A stretch of DNA of 64,000 nt, taken from assembly GCA_018396535.1 (NCBI GenBank), contig JAGTQC010000001.1:224827-288826 (forward strand), read 5' to 3'. Positions 52,166 to 61,417 of this stretch are shown here, piece by piece. This stretch comes from Candidatus Bathyarchaeota archaeon (lineage in GTDB: Archaea; Thermoproteota; CALKCG01; B24; DRYS01). The position numbers and the translations under genes are program-made. The notes below the pieces were generated by a model. The model searched no databases, had not been told where the DNA came from, and saw nothing but the letters and a program-made list of their open reading frames with translations. The stretch's first letter is position 1, and the number at the start of each line of letters is the position of its first letter.

Positions 52166-52438
52166 ATGGAGGATACAGATAGCGATTGATTAAAGGATAA
52201 GGAGGAGATCATGGTTTACAAGACTAATCTGCTAGATAGCGATACGGAGATCTATTCAACAAGGATACTGATGGTGATGGAATCCTGGATGGGGTAGAAG
52301 TTAGCAGGGGTTTTAAATCCACTTGATCCAGACTACGACGACGATAGGCTACCTAACGGTGTAGAGCTGAATCTAGGTACTAACACTAAGAATACTGATA
52401 CAAATAGTGCTCCAGAGGATAAGGGAAAGGATATCTAA
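52166..52438 (+). pseudogene. Relic of a Ca-binding TSP3-like (DxDxDG) repeat protein
   Basis: DTDSD*LKDKEEIMVYKTNLLDSDT / DTDGDGILDGVEV / NPLDPDYDDDRLPNGVE; TGA at 52187 plus two frameshifts. Confidence 0.7.
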
Positions 52439-52452
52439 AAGATTATCTCCGC

Positions 52453-52724
52453 ATATCGAAACCAGGATACACATCCATAACGCTCAAGACGGAAGTAGCA
52501 GAGCTAATAAAAACAAAGCTAACTCGACGAAACTCGGAATAAACGAACTCCTACTAAAACTCCTGAGAGAGGACTGCCCCAGGACCGCCCCAGATGCGGA
52601 AGGCGTCATGTCTCCCTACATTTCAAGCAAGCAAGAAGCAAGCAGCAACCATGATTCGAGATGGGGCCGCTGGGATTTGAACCCAGGACCGCCAGCGCCC
52701 CAGGCTGGTATCCTTCCAAGCTAG
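52453..52724 (+). pseudogene. Frameshifted ribbon-helix-helix ORF running antisense into tRNA-Pro; possible int(N) relic of an integrated element
   Basis: SKPGYTSITLKTEVAELIKTK [shift] ANSTKLGINELLLKLLRE ... WGRWDLNPGP; ATA where a start codon is expected. Confidence 0.5.
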
Positions 52725-52735
52725 ACGACGGCCCC
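52662..52735 (-). tRNA. tRNA-Pro(GGG), CCA not encoded
   Basis: GGGGCCG/CGGCCCC acceptor stem, CCAGC-CTGGGGC-GCTGG, CTGGG-TTCAAAT-CCCAG. Confidence 0.95.
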
Positions 52736-52824
52736 TTCTCTTCTACTCCTAGATTTATTTAGGCTATTTTACCTCCCTTTATATAAGTGTTTGAATACCA
52801 TCCTCCTCGATCTAGGTGTAGGAT

Positions 52825-53520
52825 ATGTGCCGTCTACTAGGTTTAATCGGTTCAGGATTCCCTTATGATATTTTCCGTGAATTTGCTCTCCTCGCTCGTA
52901 AAGGACATGTCGATGGATGGGGTCTCGTATACTTCGATAACGTATACCCTATGGTTTTAGGTTTATCTGATAGATCTATACTGGATGAGATGGATGTATA
53001 CCTCTCTATTTCACGAAGAGTTTCAGAATCTGGGTTCAGGATTATGATCGCTCATATAAGGAAGGCATCGGAGGGTATACCTGTATCTATAGCTAATACC
53101 CAACCCTTCATCTATCATAGATGGGCTTTCTGTCATAACGGTACTATAAGGGATGTAGGTAAACTCGATGTTAAACTACCTTTAAACGGTTCCTCTGATA
53201 GTGAGAGACTATTCAAATACATCGTTCAACTAATACTGGATGGTTACGATATACGTGAAGCTTTGAAACATATACATAGCATTATCGAAGATTATACAGC
53301 TCTAAACTTCATATTATCAGATGGAGAGATTCTATACGCCTATAGATATTGTAGAATAGATGAAAACTACTATACAATACATTATCTTAAGAATAGAAGC
53401 TATGTAGTGGTATGTTCTGAAGCATTGGAGAGAATCGATGGTAGATGGCTTCCACTAGACAATAACCAACTCCTATCCATCGATAGAGATCTCAACATAT
53501 ATATCGATAGGATAGTTTAG
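52825..53520 (+). CDS. Class II glutamine amidotransferase (YafJ/EgtC-like Ntn hydrolase)
   Basis: N-terminal MCRLLG, DGWG, AHIRKAS, NTQPF, HNG, SDSE. Confidence 0.88.
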   Translation: MCRLLGLIGSGFPYDIFREFALLARKGHVDGWGLVYFDNVYPMVLGLSDRSILDEMDVYLSISRRVSESGFRIMIAHIRKASEGIPVSIANTQPFIYHRWAFCHNGTIRDVGKLDVKLPLNGSSDSERLFKYIVQLILDGYDIREALKHIHSIIEDYTALNFILSDGEILYAYRYCRIDENYYTIHYLKNRSYVVVCSEALERIDGRWLPLDNNQLLSIDRDLNIYIDRIV

Positions 53521-53708
53521 CCTATCTTAAGCTTCGATGCTGGCCTACCACCTATACCCCAATCCTCCCTAGGTATATCGTGGATTATAACGGTAACAGC
53601 TTCTGATGGAACACCTACCTCTGTGAAAACCTTCGTTACCCCCTCTATGATCCTCTCCTTCACATCGCTCGATCTACCAGCCCACATATAGATATGTACT
53701 ACAGGCAT
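53517..53708 (-). CDS. 4-oxalocrotonate tautomerase family protein
   Basis: MPVVHI (catalytic Pro1), GRS..K, WGIGG. Confidence 0.9.
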   Translation of the reverse strand: MPVVHIYMWAGRSSDVKERIIEGVTKVFTEVGVPSEAVTVIIHDIPREDWGIGGRPASKLKIG

Positions 53709-53746
53709 AGCTAACATGGATATATACTGCTAGCCTAGATAATCTT

Positions 53747-54529
53747 TTACCTAGTGAGTTTTAGATCTTCTAGTATCCTATAGAAGGATTCATCAGAGAT
53801 GGATTGCTTATACCTTCTCAGATCATCTATAAGCCTAACCCTATCAGCTTCTACTATCCTCCGACCTGTTATATACGGTATTCTAAAAGCTACATACTGG
53901 GCTATGGATGTAAGGTTTCTCGGCTTCCTATCTACGCTAGCAGATTCGAAATCTATTATAACAGGCTCATCGCTAGATCTAACCAGGATATGCCTCTCAG
54001 CTCTACTAAGCTCACCATGATCTAAACCCATCCTATCAAGCCTATAAGCCTGCTCTAGTAGAATCCTAACCATACCGTGAATCCTAGATACATCATCCTC
54101 ATGTGAAATCCACTCCAGTATATTCGACCCACATACATACTCCATAAGTATAACATCATCTGTGAACCCGTAGAGTATAGGACCTACGGATACGGTATTA
54201 GCTAACCTCAACATCCTCGCCTCATATACGAGGCTATCTCTAGTAGAATCAGCTCTCCTAATCTTAGCAGCTGCTAACCTACCCCCAGCCTCCACTAGGA
54301 TGACTACGCTACGATAACCCTTACCTAGAACTCTTAACCCACCTATACTACTACCCCCCTCAAGCACTATATACTCTACACCAAGCGATCTAAGCTGATC
54401 GAATCTAGAATCCACATCTACTAAGCTAGGATTAGGATAGCCTACGATATACCTTACATTATCGATAGATCTAGCTCTATCCACATGTATCCTTTGAGAA
54501 ACCAAACCTAAGCCACCTAGGCCTACCAT
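53747..54529 (-). CDS. RIO/Bud32-like Ser/Thr protein kinase
   Basis: LGKGYRSVV, AAKIRR, MEY, DHGELS, IIDFESA; true start probably GTG 54484. Confidence 0.8.
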   Translation of the reverse strand: MVGLGGLGLVSQRIHVDRARSIDNVRYIVGYPNPSLVDVDSRFDQLRSLGVEYIVLEGGSSIGGLRVLGKGYRSVVILVEAGGRLAAAKIRRADSTRDSLVYEARMLRLANTVSVGPILYGFTDDVILMEYVCGSNILEWISHEDDVSRIHGMVRILLEQAYRLDRMGLDHGELSRAERHILVRSSDEPVIIDFESASVDRKPRNLTSIAQYVAFRIPYITGRRIVEADRVRLIDDLRRYKQSISDESFYRILEDLKLTR

Positions 54530-55916
54530 CGAGGAGATCGTATAGATATTCTAAGAAGCTTCTACACCTCACAGCCAGCTCCAACAATCCTCCATCCATA
54601 TAGATACCGAACCCTCTAGCTATAGATGCAGCTATATCCTTAGAGAACCCGTACGCTAGTAGATCACCCTTCAGTACATCCATAGCTAGAAGATAAGCAT
54701 CACTATAACCCCTCCTCCTAGCTACATACCATCTATCACCATCTATCCATGGACCGGATACCCTAATATCCCCACCCATATACTTCTCTAGAAACCTATA
54801 CGCTTCACGAGAATCTACAGGTGGACCTCTATGAAGCTTAACACCAGGTATGAATCTAGATTCTAGCTCTACTATGAAGACTGTAAGCCCTTCACCACTC
54901 CAAGCAGATGATCTTATAACCCTAAACTCCCACTTCTCGAAGACGTTTACAAAAGCCCTTAAGCTACGGTGAATCTCACCCCAAAGAGTATCTGGAGGTA
55001 TCCTAGGCTCCTCGAAAGCTAAAGCTAGAATCGATGTACCCCTACACTCTATAGCTCTACGTATGGAATCTATATCAACCTCTATCGAAGGTGGATTAAA
55101 GAAAACTATACTAGGCTTATCTAGGAATAGCCTAGATGCAGCCGTAAACTCGCTAAGCTTAGTAAGAGATACAGGAGAGGCTACATTCCTATTCGGATCG
55201 ACTGGATCGACTACGATAAGAGGTTGATCACCGAAAACCTTACGCGCAGCTTCTATACTATCATAGTAGCCTTCCAGATCTATGAATAAACCTCTCCAAC
55301 CCCTAGCCGCAGACCTTATAGTCTCTATGAACGAGCCGAAACTTATTATGAATAGTTCGCATAGATAGCCGCTAAACCCGCTAACCCTAACATCAGCTCC
55401 ATAAACACCTACACCCTTCATAAACTTCTTAAGTAAGCGAACCTGATCCCTCTCCTCCTCAGATCGGATCATCCTCCTAACATACTCCGTATGGTATGGA
55501 GTCCTATCGACCGCCGTAACCCAGCTACCAGGCCTAGATCTACATGCAGGAACTATATTCACCCTAACATCATCTATCCAACCCTCTACATACGGATGTT
55601 CAGCATATCTTAGAATCCACCTACCTCCTAGATCCTCGAAAACCCTTACACCAATCCTTAAACTCAGATCTTCGAGTACACCCCTATCTATATGCGGAGG
55701 ATAGAGTATGAATACATCTATATCATAATCACCCTTAAGCCAAGTACCCTTAGCTACAGATCCTAGAATCTCAGCTTCAGCATCCACACCCTCAGAAGCT
55801 AGGATCTCCCTAACCTTACCTAGCACGATACTAGATAGCGTCTCAACCCTAGCTTCCTCTAACCTATCAGGCTTCACTAATCTAAGAGCATCCGCCAGGA
55901 TATCATCGATAGACAT
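54477..55916 (-). CDS. cca: CCA-adding enzyme (class I)
   Basis: GSVAKGTW..DYDID, YAEHPY, DRTPYH, GFSGYLCE, DPVDPNRN. Confidence 0.95.
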   Translation of the reverse strand: MSIDDILADALRLVKPDRLEEARVETLSSIVLGKVREILASEGVDAEAEILGSVAKGTWLKGDYDIDVFILYPPHIDRGVLEDLSLRIGVRVFEDLGGRWILRYAEHPYVEGWIDDVRVNIVPACRSRPGSWVTAVDRTPYHTEYVRRMIRSEEERDQVRLLKKFMKGVGVYGADVRVSGFSGYLCELFIISFGSFIETIRSAARGWRGLFIDLEGYYDSIEAARKVFGDQPLIVVDPVDPNRNVASPVSLTKLSEFTAASRLFLDKPSIVFFNPPSIEVDIDSIRRAIECRGTSILALAFEEPRIPPDTLWGEIHRSLRAFVNVFEKWEFRVIRSSAWSGEGLTVFIVELESRFIPGVKLHRGPPVDSREAYRFLEKYMGGDIRVSGPWIDGDRWYVARRRGYSDAYLLAMDVLKGDLLAYGFSKDIAASIARGFGIYMDGGLLELAVRCRSFLEYLYDLLDGRPRWLRFGFSKDTCG

Positions 55917-55920
55917 AACT

Positions 55921-56499
55921 CTACTCTGATGCTTCGATCACATGTATATCACTATATATGGGACCCCTAGGTGTTAATATACTACGCTTCAGCTTAACCC
56001 TATCCACACGGTATTCTCCAAACCTATAATCCCTCCACTCATCTATAAGCTTAAGAAGCCTACCCCTATCATGAATGGATTTAATCCTAGAAACCGTTAG
56101 ATGAGCAGTAAACCCTCTAGGATCTCTAGCAAACCCGATACTAGAAAGCCTAGCTTCAACCCCTTCATATATACTCCTAAGCTCATCATATCCTCTACCA
56201 ACACCAACCCATACGACGTTAATCCTACCACCACCCGGAAAGTATCCTACACCCCTCACCTCTAAATCAAACGGTTTAAAGGATAAACTCGATAAAGCCT
56301 TCCTGATAGATTCTATCCTAGCTATCTGAACATCGCCTAGAAACTTTAAAGTGAAATGGAGATTCTCAGGTTCCACAAGCTTCATAGGATTCCCAGTCCT
56401 AGCTAGAACTTCTTGAAACCCCTTCACCCTCTCTATGATAGCCACATCATCCAGATCTACAGCTATGAAACACCTATAGCCTTCACTCATACCAACCAT
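55921..56499 (-). CDS. thpR: RNA 2',3'-cyclic phosphodiesterase (2H family)
   Basis: RCFIA, HFTLKFLG, HLTVSR, GPIY. Confidence 0.92.
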   Translation of the reverse strand: MVGMSEGYRCFIAVDLDDVAIIERVKGFQEVLARTGNPMKLVEPENLHFTLKFLGDVQIARIESIRKALSSLSFKPFDLEVRGVGYFPGGGRINVVWVGVGRGYDELRSIYEGVEARLSSIGFARDPRGFTAHLTVSRIKSIHDRGRLLKLIDEWRDYRFGEYRVDRVKLKRSILTPRGPIYSDIHVIEASE

Positions 56500-56552
56500 A
56501 TCATACTCGTAACAGCTTTAAAACTATAACCCTAATACGCATATCCTAGGAT

Positions 56553-57674
56553 TCAGCTTGGCCACGATATCGTCTTAATAGTCCTAGACTCTACGTAATC
56601 CCAATCGACATCTAATCCTAAACCAGGCTTCCTAGGAGCGTGAACATACCCATCCCCATCGATCCTTATAACATCCCTAGTACCTTGATCGAATATCCCG
56701 ACTGGGAAAGGCATCTCGAAGAAGCTACAATTCCTTATCGCTAGCATCACATGTAGGTGAGCAGCCTGCTGCCATGGATGACCCCAGCTGTGCAATTCAC
56801 AATTCATACCGAAGATCTCTGCTAGATGAGCTACCTTCAACATAGCTGTTATACCCCCTACATTAACATCTACACATCTAAGGCTATCCGCAGCCCTCCT
56901 CACTATAAGCTCTGCATAACCATATAGATCGCGTATATCCTCACCAGTTAGAACCTGTATATCCAGTTTACTACAAAGCTTAGCAAGCCCCTCTATATCC
57001 GTAGTAGGTAAAGGATCCTCATACCAGTAGAAGCCCAGCTTCTCTATCTCCCTACCAACCATTAAAGCCTCATACCTACTATATGCATGGAACGGGTCGA
57101 GCATTAAAACAATATCATCACCTACAGCCTCTCTAACAGCTCTACACACCTCTATATCCCTCCTCCAGTAGCGTGGAGGATGGATCTTTATAGCTTTAAA
57201 CCCCTCCTCCACACATCTCTCCGCTACTCTAACATAATCCTCGACACTACTATACGATTGAGTACTAGCGAACGCTAGTATCCTCTCCCTATAAGCTCCT
57301 ATAAGCTTATAGATAGGCATATTCAACACCTTCCCAGCTATATCCCATAGACACTCATCTAAAGCACATAGAACGGTGGGAGCAGACCTCTGGAAGAAGT
57401 ATTGATCCCAGAAAGACTTCTCTATCCTCTCCCTATCGAAGGGGTCTGCTCCTATCAAAGGTATAAACTCCTCCATACTCCTTAACCACTTCCTCAAAAC
57501 TTTAAACTTCATAACAAGCTCCTCGGCATACAACGCCTCCTCGAGCATCGTAATACCCTCAATACCTTCATCCGTTTGTATACGTATCAAAGCAGCCGGT
57601 ACGTTAATCCTAGTAGCCTCCTCCCCGAATTCCTGAGGCATTAATACATGAACCTTAACACCCACGATCTTCAA
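56553..57674 (-). CDS. Mandelate racemase/muconate lactonizing enzyme family (enolase superfamily)
   Basis: LWDIAGK, KIH, LMLD, WYEDP, GE, ELH, PGLG. Confidence 0.88.
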   Translation of the reverse strand: MKIVGVKVHVLMPQEFGEEATRINVPAALIRIQTDEGIEGITMLEEALYAEELVMKFKVLRKWLRSMEEFIPLIGADPFDRERIEKSFWDQYFFQRSAPTVLCALDECLWDIAGKVLNMPIYKLIGAYRERILAFASTQSYSSVEDYVRVAERCVEEGFKAIKIHPPRYWRRDIEVCRAVREAVGDDIVLMLDPFHAYSRYEALMVGREIEKLGFYWYEDPLPTTDIEGLAKLCSKLDIQVLTGEDIRDLYGYAELIVRRAADSLRCVDVNVGGITAMLKVAHLAEIFGMNCELHSWGHPWQQAAHLHVMLAIRNCSFFEMPFPVGIFDQGTRDVIRIDGDGYVHAPRKPGLGLDVDWDYVESRTIKTISWPS

Positions 57675-57755
57675 TACAGATCACCCACAATTATTAGTCG
57701 AGGGGTAAACTATTAATTAGTCTCTCACACACCCCATCTATAGTGCATCCAGTAT

Positions 57756-58520
57756 ATGGCTCTGAAAGTTAGGGGTAGACTAGGCTGGATAGTAGAGTTA
57801 AGCGGTATAGACTGGTTTGGAAATATAACGTTCATGCTATTCCTAGCAGGATGCAATTTTAGATGCCCCTACTGTCAGAATGGAAGTATAGTAGAGTTAG
57901 ACTCTGGGTATGAGGTATCGTTAGAGGAGATACTAGCGAAGATAGAGAGGAATATAAAACTTATAGATGCTGTAGGTGTAAGCGGAGGCGAACCTACACT
58001 ACAACCTAGATTCGTAGAATCCCTATTCGAAGCTGTTAGAAGCTACGGCGTTAAGACATTCGTTAATACCAACGGATCTAACCCAGATCTCCTAGATCGA
58101 CTATTCAGAAGAAGACTACTAGATTACGTAGCCATAGATGTTAAAGCCCCCTTCAAACCAGATATATATAGTACGGTTATAGGAGGAGCTATACCAGGGG
58201 ATACGGTTATACAAAACCTTAGAAGATCTATGGATCTATGTAACGCTTACAATCTAAGATTCGAAGCTAGGACGACTATAGTTCCAGGTTTAACAGATAA
58301 ACCTGAATACGTGGAGATGATAGCATACGAATTAAGGAAGTACGATTGCATATACATCCTACAACAATTCAGCCCATTCGGTGATATACTAGATCCCAGG
58401 TATAGATATCTAGAACCCACATCTGAAGATACACTGATAAGCTTAGCTAGGATAGCGTTAAACATAGGCTTAGAAGATGTACGTATAAGATCTAGAAATG
58501 GTATAGTTAAAGTTACGTAG
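57756..58520 (+). CDS. Radical SAM glycyl-radical activating enzyme (anaerobic RNR activator-like)
   Basis: GCNFRCPYCQN, SGGEPTLQ, TNGS, DVKAP, RTTIVP, LQQF. Confidence 0.85.
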   Translation: MALKVRGRLGWIVELSGIDWFGNITFMLFLAGCNFRCPYCQNGSIVELDSGYEVSLEEILAKIERNIKLIDAVGVSGGEPTLQPRFVESLFEAVRSYGVKTFVNTNGSNPDLLDRLFRRRLLDYVAIDVKAPFKPDIYSTVIGGAIPGDTVIQNLRRSMDLCNAYNLRFEARTTIVPGLTDKPEYVEMIAYELRKYDCIYILQQFSPFGDILDPRYRYLEPTSEDTLISLARIALNIGLEDVRIRSRNGIVKVT

Positions 58521-58541
58521 ACTAGGTGGTAGCTAAGAGCT

Positions 58542-59102
58542 ATGATAGTACTAGGGTTAGTAGGCTTACCTGGATCGGGTAAAACGACTATCGCTAAGAT
58601 GTTGGAATCTAGAGGATGGAAGATTATAAGTATGGGTGATTATGTTCGTAGAGAAGCTCTTAAACGCGGTTTGAAACCTACACGTGAGAATCTATCTATG
58701 CTAGCTCATAGGCTTAGAGAGGAGTTGGGTATGGATGCTATAGCTAAACTATGCATCGATGATATCGTTTCATCAGATAGAAACGTCGTAGTAGATGGTC
58801 TAAGAAGCCCTTCAGAAGTAGATTATCTTAAAAATAGGATACCATCTATAATCCTCTTATTCATCGATGCACCTATAGATAGAAGGTTTAGCCTCCTATC
58901 ATCTAGGGGTAGGATAGATGATCCTAAATGTATAGAAGATCTTATAGCTAGAGATAACGAGGAGATTAGATTCGGTATACTAGAGCTTAGGGATAGAGCC
59001 GATTATGTACTCATCAACGATGGGGGGTTAGAGAATCTAGAGAGGAGGCTTGAAGCTATACTAAGAGATATAAGCTCTAAGATCGAGAAGGATCCCTACT
59101 AG
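58542..59102 (+). CDS. P-loop nucleotide kinase (dephospho-CoA kinase-like, UPF0200)
   Basis: GLPGSGKT, SMGDYVR, DGLRS, RGRIDD. Confidence 0.8.
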   Translation: MIVLGLVGLPGSGKTTIAKMLESRGWKIISMGDYVRREALKRGLKPTRENLSMLAHRLREELGMDAIAKLCIDDIVSSDRNVVVDGLRSPSEVDYLKNRIPSIILLFIDAPIDRRFSLLSSRGRIDDPKCIEDLIARDNEEIRFGILELRDRADYVLINDGGLENLERRLEAILRDISSKIEKDPY

Positions 59103-59143
59103 AAATTGATATTAACCTAAGCCGCTCATGCTTATATCGTATC

Positions 59144-60301
59144 ATGTCGAGTTTTGAATCAACCTTCCCGACTAGGATAGTATACGGCTACAGATCGGTA
59201 GATAGAGTTGGCTTAGAAGCTAGGAGGATAGGGTTAAAGGGTAGATGTATGCTAGTAACTGGTAGGAGTTTTGCAAGAAGTTCTGGATATCTAGATAGGA
59301 TTAAAAGTATACTAGAAGCTGAGGGGTACGATGTATACGTATTCGATAGGGTTAAACCCAATCCCACAATCGTTGATGTAGAGGATGGGGTTAATCAAGC
59401 CCGCGCTATAGGTATAGACTTCTTCGTAGCCTTCGGTGGAGGTAGCGCTATAGATACCGCTAAGATGGTGAGTGTAGCATCATCCCTAGGCGGATCGATA
59501 GAAGACTATCTCTACCCTAGGATAGTAGATGAACCTATAAAACCCGTAGTAGCTATACCAACGACATGCGGTACTGGAAGCGAAGTAACTAGATATGCTA
59601 TAGTAACCATCGGCTTCCGTAAACTTATAATAGCTGGCTGGAGCCTAGTTCCTAGGATAGCTATACTAGATCCAGAAACTCTTAGATTCCTACCAGCAGA
59701 CCAGGTAGCCTATACTGGTGTAGATGCGCTCACCCATGGGCTTGAAGCATACTTCAATAGGAACGCCTCCATACTATCAGATATCTATGCTATAGAAGCT
59801 ATCAGAGTCGTACTAAGAAACCTAGAGGATGCATGCAAGGGGCTTATGGAGGCTAAAGCTATGCTCCTATACGGTAGTATGAATGGCGGCTTCGCTATAA
59901 ATATGACTGGGACCACGATGATACATGGCGGAGGATACTATCTAACAGCTAAGTATGGCCTTCCACATGGATTAGCTAACGCACTTATACTACTCCCCAT
60001 ACTCAAACTGAATATGGAAGCTCAGTCTGATAGAGCTATAAAGCTAGCTAGTATACTAGGTCTACCAGCCTTCGATTTCAAGAACGCCTCCTCATCCATA
60101 CTCGAAGCTATAGCCTCCATCATGGATCGTATCGGTATACCAGTAGGCTTAGAAGCTGCAGGTATACCTATCGAAGATATAGGTAGGATAGCTGAGGAGG
60201 CTCTAACCTATAGACGTAACCTAGAGAATAATCCTAGAAGTCTAGGTCTAGATGAGTTAGTAGACGTATTCAGATCGGTATACCGTAGTAGAGGTGTATA
60301 G
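59144..60301 (+). CDS. Iron-containing alcohol dehydrogenase
   Basis: GGGSAIDTAK, PTTCGTGSE, DALTHGLE, HGLAN. Confidence 0.9.
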   Translation: MSSFESTFPTRIVYGYRSVDRVGLEARRIGLKGRCMLVTGRSFARSSGYLDRIKSILEAEGYDVYVFDRVKPNPTIVDVEDGVNQARAIGIDFFVAFGGGSAIDTAKMVSVASSLGGSIEDYLYPRIVDEPIKPVVAIPTTCGTGSEVTRYAIVTIGFRKLIIAGWSLVPRIAILDPETLRFLPADQVAYTGVDALTHGLEAYFNRNASILSDIYAIEAIRVVLRNLEDACKGLMEAKAMLLYGSMNGGFAINMTGTTMIHGGGYYLTAKYGLPHGLANALILLPILKLNMEAQSDRAIKLASILGLPAFDFKNASSSILEAIASIMDRIGIPVGLEAAGIPIEDIGRIAEEALTYRRNLENNPRSLGLDELVDVFRSVYRSRGV

Positions 60302-60383
60302 AAGTCTAGCAGCGTATCAAGAAGTTATGAAGCTAAAATATTTATCTAAGGCTTAATCGACCATTGTAGTTTGGGGTGCACTC

Positions 60384-61400
60384 ATGGGTCGAGCTGTAGC
60401 TATAAACGGTTTCGGTAGAATAGGTAGACTCGCTTTTAGAGCAGCTATCGAGAATAACCTCGGTATAGAGTTCGTAGCTATAAACGATATAGCTGATGCG
60501 AAAACGCTAGCACATCTACTCAAATACGATAGCACGTATGGCAGAGCCCCGTTCGATGTTAGAGTCGAAGGTAACTATATAGTAGCCGGGGATGTGAAGG
60601 TTCAAGCATTGAAGGAGGCTGAGCCATCCAAGCTTCCATGGAAGGATCTAGGCGTATACCTAGTTATCGAATCTACCGGTAGGTTTACAGATAGGGCTGG
60701 AGCATCCAAGCATCTACAAGCAGGTGCGAGCAAAGTACTAGTCTCAGCCCCGATGAGGCCTGCCGAAGCTGCTGATATAACAATGGTTCCAGGCGTTAAC
60801 GATGGTATGTACGATCCTAAGAAGCATATAATACTATCCCTAGCCTCCTGTACAACAAACGCTGTAGCTCCTGTAGCTAAGGTTCTTAACGAAAGCTTCG
60901 GTTTAAGGTATGGGTTGATGAATACCGTACACGCCGTCACTAACGATCAGAGGATCCTAGATATGCAGCATAGCGATCTTAGGAGAGCTAGATCTGCTAG
61001 CTGGAATATCATACCGACGACAACCGGTGCAGCTGAAGCTGCTACACTTACGCTACCAGAGCTTAAAGGTAGGATGACAGGTATAGCTCTAAGAGTTCCG
61101 GTACCCACCGTTTCGGTAGTAGATCTAACAGCCGTCTTAGAGAGGGATGTTACAGTCGATGAGGTGAATAGAGCTTTCAAAGATGCATCTGAGAAGCCTC
61201 CACTCAAGGGTATACTAGGGTATAGCGAGGAGCCTCTAGTATCATCGGATTATATTAAGTGTCCATACTCATCTGTAGTAGATGCACCCATGACTAAAGC
61301 TATAGGCAGCCTCGTTAAAGTTCTAGCATGGTACGATAACGAGTGGGGATACTCCTGCAGGCTGGCTGAGACTGCTAAGAGGATAGCTGAGATAGGATAG
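60384..61400 (+). CDS. gap: Type I (bacterial/eukaryotic class) glyceraldehyde-3-phosphate dehydrogenase
   Basis: INGFGRIGR, LLKYDST, ASCTTN, NIIPTTTGAA, RVP, WYDNEWGYS. Confidence 0.95.
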   Translation: MGRAVAINGFGRIGRLAFRAAIENNLGIEFVAINDIADAKTLAHLLKYDSTYGRAPFDVRVEGNYIVAGDVKVQALKEAEPSKLPWKDLGVYLVIESTGRFTDRAGASKHLQAGASKVLVSAPMRPAEAADITMVPGVNDGMYDPKKHIILSLASCTTNAVAPVAKVLNESFGLRYGLMNTVHAVTNDQRILDMQHSDLRRARSASWNIIPTTTGAAEAATLTLPELKGRMTGIALRVPVPTVSVVDLTAVLERDVTVDEVNRAFKDASEKPPLKGILGYSEEPLVSSDYIKCPYSSVVDAPMTKAIGSLVKVLAWYDNEWGYSCRLAETAKRIAEIG

Positions 61401-61417
61401 GTTTCGGTGCAATATCT

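Noticed and set aside
52407-52724. 105-aa ORF as an intact gene
   Set aside because: It is a composite: the N-terminal part is out of frame with the RHH relic and the C-terminal part is tRNA antisense
53747-56499. thpR-cca-kinase cluster as a novel RNA repair system
   Set aside because: A familiar archaeal housekeeping neighbourhood; nothing here sets it apart
10-61207. Numerous antisense or nested ORFs in the track (e.g. 13610-14113, 17421-17882, 24254-24706, 32497-32940, 60602-60940)
   Set aside because: Ser/Ile-rich shadows of well-supported genes on the opposite strand or in another frame
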